A stretch of 63,834 bases of DNA, the filler included, from Atractiella rhizophila (Eukaryota), in assembly GCA_021432655.1 (NCBI GenBank). It is 4 parts of 4 records of this genome, joined end to end, with 100 filler letters (N's around TTAATTAATTAA, not from the genome) between each part and the next. Parts side by side here need not be neighbours in the genome. Positions count along the whole stretch, not along the records: positions 20,916 to 45,309 come from MU271792.1; positions 45,410 to 60,319 come from MU271801.1; 2 more parts are not named here. One strand, given 5' to 3'. Of this stretch, positions 38,246-48,220 are shown in pieces. Every line of letters begins with the position of its first letter. Within the stretch, counting starts at the first letter, position 1. The position numbers and the translations under genes are program-made. The notes beneath the pieces were generated by a model. That model was not told where the DNA came from and searched no databases. It was given only the letters and a program-made list of their open reading frames with translations.

Positions 38246-39986
38246 ATATTGGCCGCCATTGTCTGATCATATTCTTTTGATCTTCAGGCCAGTTTCGAGT
38301 ACAACTTTCACTTTGAATTCCTTGAACACGGAGAAGACATCGGATTTGTACTTCAGAAAGTAAATCCACTTTCTTCTTGTTGCATCGTCCATAAATCTGA
38401 GCCATTATTCAGCTCCTCCTCCAAACGATTTGACGGGCAGAGGACCCCATACGTCAGTGTGGGTCAGTTCAAGCTTCTCCTCTGCGTTCGGTGGGGCCGG
38501 AGGGGAATGGGAGTTTGCGTTGTTGACCAAGGAGGCATCCGGTGCACGGTGAGTGGTGATCCTCATCTCCTATCTCTAGTCCTCCAACCATTCCCTTTTC
38601 TTGCAAAAGCTTGAGGCTTCCCCTCCATATGTGACCCAAATGGCAGTGCCAGACGTGCGAAGAGGCAGGCTTTGCGGCACTTGTCAGTCTTGAGCTTGCG
38701 CTTTCATTGAAAACTACTGACGCACAGTCTGCTTTCAGCAACGATTTCAGCGACTACAGTACCATCACCCTTCACTATCTTCCCTTGCCTGTTCGCAGAG
38801 AATACAACATCAAAACCGCGGGTATTCAACTTGTCGGTGGAGAGGAGGGCACAGTCGATTTCGGGGTCATAGAGAGTGTAAGTTATCTCAATTTCTCTTT
38901 CTACTCCTTTGACCTTTGTCAACACTTTGACAGTGCCGATGTCAATTGCTTGTGTGACGACGCCATGGGACGAGCAGATGTGACACGAGTGGGGCTTGAG
39001 TGAGGAGAACCAATCTGCAAAGGGCACGATGAGGTCCGTAGCAGTGGAATCGACGTAGATCTCCTCATGGTGCGTTCCTTCCCCGTAACCATGTGGAAGG
39101 CTTCTGATATTCTAGCTTCTCCAGGTTTATCTACAACTTCTCTCTTCTTCTTGTGGGCAGTCCTGTTCCAAATGTCCTTCAATGCCACAATAATGGCATT
39201 TCCCCCGCTTCTTCTTGCTTTTCGGTTTTCCTCTGCTACTCCAATTATTCAATTTGGTAAAGTACTTTCCTCCTCGCCCTGTCTTCATCATCAATGCTTC
39301 TGAGGTAGCCTTTGATTCCGGGTTCCTACAGTCCACTTCGAGCAGAAGATGGGAGGCGACATATGACGATGTGAAGTCGGAGGTGGCAACAGTGTTGAAG
39401 GAGGAGACAACCTCGATCTAGGACTGTGGGAGTGAGATGAGTAGGAGCATGGCGATATCATCATCGTCAGTCTTGTCTCCCATCGCTTTCAACTCCTGTC
39501 CCATTGTTCTGATTCGGTTTGTGTGCTCCCACATAGATTCACCTTCGACATAATGCGTTGTATAAAGCTTCTGGCGGAGCAGTACGCGTGCTTGTCGGTC
39601 CTGAGTCTGGTAGAGCTCCTTGAGCTTGTCCCAGACCTCTTTCGGTTTCTCAACTTCAATGTCCGGGATGTCAGTAAGTACGTGGTCTTTGCAGACTTCG
39701 ATGATGATCAAGTAGGCTAGGTATGCTCACTTCGTGCAATCCCTCTGTGACTCTTCAATTGCGTTGACCCTCACGACGTTCTCTGGTTTTGCAGCCTCCG
39801 CTTCCTTGAGACTCGCTGGCTTGGGATCCGTTCCTGTAACAATCCCCCAGCAGTTCCTTCTGAGAAGCTTAGCCTGGACTCTAAAGTACCATGTATGATA
39901 ATTCTCCCATCCTTCGAGTTTCACGATAGTCAATGCAGCAATGAACGCTGTGTCATTACCTTCAGACATCCTGTGCTCATGAAGCG

Positions 39987-42900
39987 ATGGTGCGAAGCGC
40001 CTAGTCCCAACCAAAGTGTCTAATTCTGAAACTCAAAATGCAATACTAACCTTATAGACTATCCCTCTTGTAAATATGTTGATTTAAGGGTCTAGATGGA
40101 AACTACAAAACAGATTTTCTATTGCAGTTCTTCCCGCTGAGAAGTTCTTTTTTTCTGCTCAGAAATTGGAACAGAAATCAAATAACTACCGGTACCGTCA
40201 TTGTACATGCCATTGTACGCCGGATCCGATGGCTCCAAGGCAAGAACCTTAACTTCATGTGAAACATTTGCCCCACCATGCGGTGTTATATCTGTCTGTC
40301 TGTCCATCCCAGTCTTTTCCCAGTTTTTCTCTCCCACATCTCTCCTGTTGCTTCTTTGCCACTTTGCCTTTGTAACCCCCTTCACTCTCTTACAGCTCTC
40401 CACCACCTACCACTATTCAGCATCAACATGACCAATGACTCTGGTGGGAGACCCACCAGAGGGCAGGCTCAACGGAAGCAGCAAGTCCTTCGTGCACGAT
40501 GAGCCAACCTCACAAAGAAGAAAAATGATGTGGCGACAGCAGCAGCAGCGCCATTTGCTAATCTTCTTCCCTGAGCTCAAGGTAAATTCACAGGATGCAC
40601 CAATGGCTGCAGGCCCACTGATTGGTTTGTCCTTGTCTGCTTTCATGCTCCTTCTCACCTGCTCACAATGCTTCTGCCAGTACCAGTTATCAGAATCGAT
40701 TCACTTTCTCAGGCTGACTTGCCGATTTCATCCTCCAACAGTCCAATTGACCTGGTTCTTCTCTCATGGTACGGCATGGAACATGAAGGAGATGAAGAGG
40801 TGGATACTGATGAGGAGCGGGAATCAGTAATTGGTGATGACGAAGCTGAAGAGAAAGAGGAGTATTCAGAGGAGGAAGATATGGGGGACTGGATGCTTGA
40901 GGATGAGGTGGTGCCACTGACAAGAGAGCGTCGAGAGGAGCTTCTCATTGTTCTGGATGAGCTTCCAGGATCTGTTTATGATGAGTTGATGAAGGAAAAG
41001 GATAAAAAACAGTGGGAGGTTGGAGAGGGTTGGTTGAAGAGAGCGAGGACAGCCGGCATTGGATACTCAAAGTTGGAGCACGAGCAAGGGAGGACGACAA
41101 AATGGAGGCATGAGGAGGAGCGAAAAAAGAGGGCACAGTATGTCTGTTTGTCATTGCTTCAGACTCTGATGCTTCTTCACACATGACTTCGGCTTTACAA
41201 TACAGTCTTTTGCTCCATCACCGCCATCCCTACTCCTTCTCCCTCACTTCCAAACTCTCTCAATGACAACTTTGTAGTCCTTTCTGATGAAGACAACGAG
41301 TACGAAATTGATTGTCAACACCTCCCTGTGTCTTCATCACCTAATTCCCCATCTGCTTGCACTCATCTGCATTCCACCTTGGCTCCTATCTCCTGTTCCA
41401 CCTTGACTCAAAGCACGAGAACAGATGGAAAGCACTCGAGGACAAAAGATGATGAAGACCTGACACCTCCTTGCTACAGAGGTCGCTGTTTTAATAAGCG
41501 CACAAAGGAAGAGAGTGCGAAATGGAAGGAGCAAGAGATGGGGCGGTACAGGAAGCAAGCAGCAGCAATCGAGAAGTGTCTACGGAAGGGAAAGTTTGAT
41601 ACGGAGCTGCAGGCGAGGAGAGTGAGGCACTGGGATCATTTTATAATCTGTTGAAGACTGGGCAGAGAGGGCGTGTTGAGGCATCAAAGTACTCAGCAAG
41701 TGCAACTCGTTTCGGTGAGGTGTATGGAACAAGATGTATTCGGATGTGGGCAAGACATTATGAGGAGACGGGAGAGCTTCCGGTCTCGAACAGAGATCTG
41801 TCTTTAACTTTGACCTTCATTTCTTTCCTGAATGTGACTCCAGGACGGCACGTAAAGACCTACAGCCTGCTGAATGATGAAAAGCTTTGTGCCGATATGT
41901 GTGCATGGCTCCGCGAGCAAAAATGGAACAAGGACCCAACCAAGGTCCACAACTATACTCTCTCCACACTTATCCCACAGGAGCACCATAAATATGTTCA
42001 GATGAAGCTGGAACAACAGATGCCGAAAGGACTAAAGCATTACCTTGAAATCTCCGTTTTCCCTCATATTCAATACAAGCCAGGGAAGCGAGGAATTGCT
42101 TTGAGCACTGCTTGCCGATGGTTGAAAAGGGAAGGTTTTAAGTGGACCAATTATAAAAAAGGTCTTTATATTGAGTTAGTGGCTTTATGCCCGTGCTGTC
42201 AAAAGAGAACCTGACATTTTTTGCAGTGGGCATGAACGACCAGATGTTGTTCATTACCATCAGAGCATCTTCATTCCGACATGGGAAAGCTTCCTCCCTC
42301 ACATGCATCAATACGACATTGATGATATTGAGAAAGAGATCATTAAAGACCTCCCTCTGGTGTTACCAAGGTTGTTGCTGTTTTCCATGATGAGTCCACC
42401 TTCACCGCCAATGATGGTCAGCACCATTCATGGTGCTTGGATGGTCAGTCAAAGCTTCAGAAGAAAGGTGCAGGAAGGGGGATTCATCGGTCTGATTTTA
42501 TCTGTTCAACTTACGGCTGGCTAGAAGATGCAGGAGAGCAGTTGGACAGTTGGAATATGGGAAGGCCCATGACGGCTATTGGGATGCTGAGAAGCTTATT
42601 GAACAGGTATGCTTTTCAGGTTCGTCCAGCCATGAGCTTTGAAGATGATATTTTTGCAGGTGGAGAAAAAGTTTATACCAGTTTTCGAGAGACTGCATCC
42701 TGGGCAGACAGCTCTTGTTGTCTTTGATAATTCCACAGGGCATGGCACAATGGCAAGTGATGCACTCAATGCAAATAACATGAACTTGGGGCCAGGTCAG
42801 TTGGTTCTCTTCTTGGCAAGTCAATGTTGATGGAATCTTTTGACAGGTGGGAAGCAGCCAGTGATGCATGATGGGTGGTGGTCTAAGGATGGTATAAAGG

Positions 42901-43727
42901 TACCTCAACCAATGATGGATGTACAAGGAGTCCCAAAAGGGATGAGAGCTGTATTGCAGGAGCGAGGTCTCTGGAGGCCAGGCCTACAGGCAAAATGCAA
43001 GCACGTTGTGGATCACACTGATGACAACATGTGCTGTACAGGTAAGTTTTGTTTATTACAGGTTGAAGAAGAAATCTGAAGCTGTCACAGAGAGATTGTT
43101 GGGCTCTCAACATGATTTTCTTGAACAGAAACCTCAATTGCAGGAGTTGCTTGAGCATAAAGGACATCATGCCATCTTCCTGCCAAAATTTCACTGTGAA
43201 AACAATTGTATTGAGTTTGTATCGGGCCATGCAAAGCGATATACACGTGGTAAGCACACTGGGCTCCTTGTGGTTGATTAATGCTGAAGCTGTTTCCAGC
43301 AAACTGTGATTACACTTTCGAAGGATTACGTCGCACAGTTCCAGAAGCCCTGAAGTCTATCAAACTCTCCACAATCAGAAAGTTTGAGCATCGCTCTCAT
43401 CACTGGATCAGAGCTTATAAGGAGGGGAAGAATGTTATTGATGCTGGATACCAGGTAAAGGAGTATGCCTCACATCGAAGAATTCCGGAGGCACGTACTT
43501 CGACTGGGGATATTTCTTTCATTTGAATCATACTGCCTTCTTGTTCTTTGCCAAATTAATAATGGATATGTACATATATATGTGCTTCTAAGAATATCAA
43601 ACTCTTGCAGGTCCACACTCAGCTTGTAAGCAAGAAGGGGAAAAATTTCGCTCAAAAAAATTGAAACATGTGAGTCATGATGAGTCATGGTTGGACACTT
43701 TGGTTGGGACTAGGCGCTTTGCACCAT
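39987..43727 (+). mobile_element. TIR DNA transposon (IS630/Tc1/mariner-like) nested in the Copia B leader
   Basis: 34-bp TIRs ATGGTGCGAAGCGCCTAGTCCCAACCAAAGTGTC (39987-40020) and GACACTTTGGTTGGGACTAGGCGCTTTGCACCAT (43694-43727), one mismatch. Sits between PBS and gag ATG. Confidence 0.92.
40428..43526 (+). pseudogene. Multi-intron DDE transposase (damaged)
   Basis: HDESTF, KKGAGRGIHRSDFI, DGYWDAE, VFDNSTGH, PKGMRAVLQERGL, FLPKFHCENNCIE, AKRYTR, SHRRIP. GT-AG introns near 41138, 42607, 42796, 43042, 43250 plus degenerate ones near 41795 and 42172. Some stops and frameshifts. Confidence 0.85.
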
Positions 43728-43755
43728 AGATATGAACATAGCTCTTGCTACCAAT

Positions 43756-44010
43756 TGACAAATGTGTGAGCACTGCGAAGTGCGAGATAACAGAGAAGTA
43801 TATCTTACATTTAACTATGCAAAGAAACTACATTATCTGTGAAGTACAAGATAACAGATAAGTATGAGTCTTGCACTTGCGGGTGAAGGGCTTTTATACC
43901 TAAGATCCCTGTGGCAAAAGAAAAGTTGCCACAGTTCCAGAAGACGCTCGACAAAAGTGGAAACGCACAAGTTCGTAAGTGGCGAAAGGAGGAGGCGTAC
44001 GATCTTGTCA
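43756..44010 (-). repeat. 5' LTR of Copia B
   Basis: TGACAAAT...CTTGTCA. On - strand followed by AT-TGGTAGCAAGAGC, resembling the complement of the tRNA-iMet 3' end. Confidence 0.95.
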
Positions 44011-44200
44011 CTCAAGCCAAGATCTCATTCATAATTTCAGCTGCAAATGACAGTGACAAAATCAGTTTAAGGAGGAGGGTCACGTGATCAAGCTCCAAAT
44101 TTCGTTGTTCTGAGCTGGCCGTGTAATTCCGCTCGTTTCCTCCTCCATCCATCCATTACCCACCACTCGCCCCAAATCGTCCCTGCAGTAACAAGCAACT

Positions 44201-45309
44201 ATGGAGGATGAATCCACATTCACTCTGCGCCTGGCATTCTCTCAAGGGTCTTATTCATCTCTCCTCACATATCCATACTCCTCCCCAACTCCAACTCAGC
44301 AACTCTACCACGCTCGTGCACTCCTTGCATTGACACCTCCCAAAATTCCTGAAGCGCTCGATCTCGTATCCGGAATTGATACACCAGATGCAAAAGCGCT
44401 CAAACTGCTTTCTAGTGCTTTGAGAGGGGAGGACGTGTCAGCGAGCGCAAAGGCGCTTCTTGAAGGCCTAGAGCCAGTTGAAGGGCGAAGAGCGGACGGT
44501 GAAAGGATGGTGAGAACGCTATGTGCGTCCGCAAGAGCTTTGGTTGGGGGTGAGGAAGGGAAAAAGGAGGCGTTAACTTGGGCACGGGAAGGCGAAAACG
44601 AGGAGGATGAAGAAGCGTGAGTATTGTCGTTGCGAAGCACCTTGAAGTGGGGCAAGAGGGATACCTGACTTAAAAACCTCGTCATCTCGTTCGCGCACCC
44701 TCAGTGTGCAATGTAGATTTTGAATGCCTTCATTGTCTGTGCCTTGCTGGTGGCTATATTGTCTGGGTCATTAGCTTGCACTTCGCCCAAATAAAACGAC
44801 CCCGTCTTTGCTCGGCGATGATGTGCTTCATTTCTTCGAGCTATTTCTCTTCCTGACTAGATTCTGACAACGATCTTGGATCAGGGTGTCTCTGGCTGTA
44901 ACTCTTCACCTCCTCCTCAATCCGCCAGCAACTTCCGCTGCAGCTTCTCTCGTCTCGTCAGCGAAGTATCAAGATTTTGCAGCAGATTCAGCACTGTCAC
45001 AGATCACGAAAGCGCGGTTGGACTTGTTTACTGGCCCAGCGGATAGTTATCAATCCGGTGCGTCGAGCTTTTGTATTACCGCCACCCAGCGGTAAAAGCT
45101 CACGAGATATTTGTCGCAGCTTATTACGGGTTTGAAGAAGCTGGACAATCTAGCGGGAGCAAGTGCGGGAGGGCCATCGCGCAAGCCACCCAAGGCAGAT
45201 GGGTCGAAGCTGAGCAGGCGCTTACCATCGGTGATGACGTTCGTCTTCTTTTCGTTTTATTCAAGTCGAACGGACCTGCTGACACTTAGGCGCAGGCTAC
45301 GGCAGATCA
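44201..45309 (+). CDS. SEC28: Coatomer subunit epsilon (SEC28/COPE-like), truncated by gap
   Basis: N-terminal FTLRLAFSQGSY...LYHARALLAL, then SALSQITKARLDL...YQS|AYYGFEE and GRAIAQATQGRWVEAEQAL match the COP-epsilon TPR pattern. Introns at ~44618-44884, ~45058-45119, ~45239-45295. Confidence 0.8.
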
Positions 45310-47019
45310 NNNNNNNNNNNNNNNNNNNNNNNNNNNNNNNNNNNNNNNNNNNNTTAATTAATTAANNNNNNNNNNNNNNNNNNNNNNNNNNNNNNNNNNN
45401 NNNNNNNNNTACTCAAAGAGTCGCAAAAGGTCATAGTATTGACCATGAATATCACCTGTTCTTTCTGTTACACAAAGCTATGCAATATGAAACGCTATGA
45501 AGACAAACCGCAGATCTTAATAGGAGCTTCGAGCTCAAGAAGGATAGGCTGGTTGATGAAGATGTCCCTGGCCCGCGTGCAAAGGAATTTAATCTCGAAC
45601 TCTTGTAAAGAGACTTGTTTCCCAGGCTTGTTTCCTCGCACTGCAGTCTTGAATCAGCATCGGATCCTTTCGACAAGAAATGCAGTCACTCACCCTCAAG
45701 GAGGCGATCGATAACAGAGTCCAAGTCGATTTCTTGTTCAGCCATGGCAAGTCTGATTGAATGCCGAGATTATGATGAGCGTAATGAATTGCACCTGTAA
45801 CAGAGAAATGTCAGCCCTCGGAAACCCTAGAACATAGATGTCCTCCAATGCATCCTACGTTCTCAGCACATCACTAGTGTAAAGTATCCTCATTAATAGC
45901 GGCCAATGGGATTAAGCCATGACCCTTAGGGAAGCATCATCCACGAAGAGAACACCGTCGTCCTTCATGGCGGTATATCGGGCACAAGAGCGGGAGCCGG
46001 ATATTTGTGTCTGAAGCTCAAAAATGGTTATTTTTTTTCTCGCACAAGCAGCACCGCTACTTAGAAGAGCATACTGGAGAGCGCTCAGAGCAAGATCAAG
46101 CGTAAAAACACATCTCTTTCGACGAGAGAAAAGAATCACAAGACCCCCGCAAATTTGCTTTCAGTCGTCGTATTTTCACTTCCAAGTCCCAACCAACAAA
46201 GCGTGGAAAGAAAGACGCGCACCTTTGACTTGGGCTGGCTCTGAGGATCTGAAACGTTTGCTCAGACGCAAGACGCTTGTGAGAGTTGGTCGATGTGGGT
46301 GGCTTTGATGTACCGCCTGGAATTTCCTTTCCTGGCAAATGCCGCAACAGTCCCGTGACTCTGGCAACTTTCAGCTTCACCTCTTGAACATCTAGGAACT
46401 GCATAGACGCAATGCTGCAAGTGTGCTTTGGTCTCAAGAAACAGGAAAGGAGGCTGAATTCCCACCCGATTTGCGCTTCAGTTTTGGGCAAAATTCGGGT
46501 AGCTGCCGTTCTCCTTCCTAGTTATATGTTCACGGTCCGCCTGTCCTCCATGACTGTGCAGACGAGAAATTGGTTTGTAATTCCTTCACGTGGTGCATAA
46601 TGGTGCCTTTAGCATCGAGTATGTTACTGTAAATTTTGACTCAAAGAGCAACACCATAATACCTTTTAGCAACGCAAAAAAGCGTGTTCATCTAATTAAG
46701 TCTTTGCGTGGAAATGACCCTAAGCATATTCTTCCTTAACTCCCTTGACCATTTGTGTTAGTGAGATGAGTTTCTGGTTTGTATAATTAAATTACGATAT
46801 TACCTACTTGCTTGCAAACTGGGGTAAAAATCCGACTTGATGTTCTGCTCTTTCACCAACGGGTTATTTTAAGGACCATATCTTGAATACATGGTTGGTC
46901 AGTACTCAGTACTCAGTCCAAGGCCTTTAAAATCTTTATTATTCCGCAAATTGGACCGTTTCAGATTGCCTGTGCCTAATTCATAAACATGGACAACTTG
47001 GTAATGAGATCATGGTCAT

Positions 47020-47907
47020 TCAATCTTCTTCAACCATTCTGTACATAAGATCCGTGCGCACCGTAAACTTGATCCCCTCATTTACCTCCGCGCCCGAGTG
47101 CAGCAATTTGGCGTGCTGAAAGATGAGCACTCTGCCAGCTTTTGGGTGAACGTCTAGATCCTTCTTAGCGTGAAATGTGGTTGCCCCTCCTTCTAACGTC
47201 CCCCCGTATTCTTTCGAATCGTTGAGGTAGAGATGGAGGGTGTAATAGCTTGATTCGAAATCTGGAGCGACATAACGTCCGTCGCAGTGTGCCTTGAAGA
47301 ATTGACCACTTCCATATTTAAGGAATCGAAGGCGATCGTTCGGACGTGAGAGTTTCCAGCTCTCCCCTCGCTCAACTGCTCGCATAGACATGACCCAAGG
47401 CTTGTCCTCCAATACTTCAAGGTCTTTTTTAATCCCTGGGGCGAGCAAACAACGTTCCAAGATACGATCGGCGATTACTTGGGTGTCCCAAATTATGCTG
47501 CGAATCTCTCATCAGCAAATGCCATTTTGAGCAGAAAGTTGCATTACCGGTCACAATTCCTGTAATCTAGAGCAAGCACTTCCCTTCCGATCCCAGCATT
47601 AAGCATTGCAACTCCCCACCCTTCATTTTCCGTTGTCGTCGACGATTGCACGGCCAGCTCAAGCAATTTCTCGCATTCTGCGGGCATCAACACACCGTCC
47701 AGGACGACAGCGTAACAGTCCACATATTCTGGCAGTCCCTCTTTCTCCCAATCGACATATTCAACAGTTGGAGGAGGGATGGGCTTCTTCAAAAAATCTT
47801 TTGGGATATCGACTTCGCGAGAAGTAATAGCTCGTCTCTTGAACTTGAAATTTGCGTGGTGCAGCAACTCCATTGCCAGAGGTGACTTTCTTAGAACGAG
47901 AACGCAT
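47020..47907 (-). CDS. 2OG-Fe(II) oxygenase (prolyl 4-hydroxylase-like), 2 exons
   Basis: AVVLDGVL.PAEC, YRNCDR|IIWD, NDRLRFLKY..GQFFKAHCDG (HxD), TLHLYLND, GGATTF, GRVLIFQH..LLH.G, G.KFTVRTDLMY. Start is either ATG 47873 or ATG 47907 with a 1-bp indel. Confidence 0.9.
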
Positions 47908-48220
47908 TGTCAAAGAAGGACGTAGATGTCTGGGCAAGTAGACCGTCTTTGTCTTTTATACAACTCGATCAGAGTCCGGAAGCGAGTCATCAGCCGCATT
48001 GAATTCCGAGCCCAGCCCTTTCAGGTCCCTCCGCCTCGGGATATACCGACTTAGATGTGTGACTTGAGCAATCTAGAGACATACCACAAAAGTAGCACGC
48101 ACAATCTAGACAAATCAGGAACGACCTGAAGCCTCAACGCCTCAACTCCGGTGAAAGATTAGGAATTGCAGGATGAAGAAATACATGGTGCTCAGCTTTC
48201 CAAAACAGAAGGAAAAAACG

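Larger units (their letters stand above)
35858..44010 (-). mobile_element. Full-length (decayed) Ty1/Copia element B with two nested insertions
   Basis: Two 255-bp LTRs and a 5-bp TSD CTCAA (35853-35857, 44011-44015). PBS TGGTAGCAAGAGC, PPT GCGAGGGGAG. gag from ATG 39969 (KLEGWENYHTW, knuckle CHYCGIEGHLEQDC), protease YVDSTAT, WHCHLGH, SDNGG, RT DVSTAYL/LYVDD, RNase H LSSAEAEY/GDNLG. Multiple stops and a deletion between integrase and RT. Confidence 0.96.

Noticed and set aside
45410..46900. Fragmentary ORFs suggesting a pseudogene
   Set aside because: No identifiable homology from motifs.
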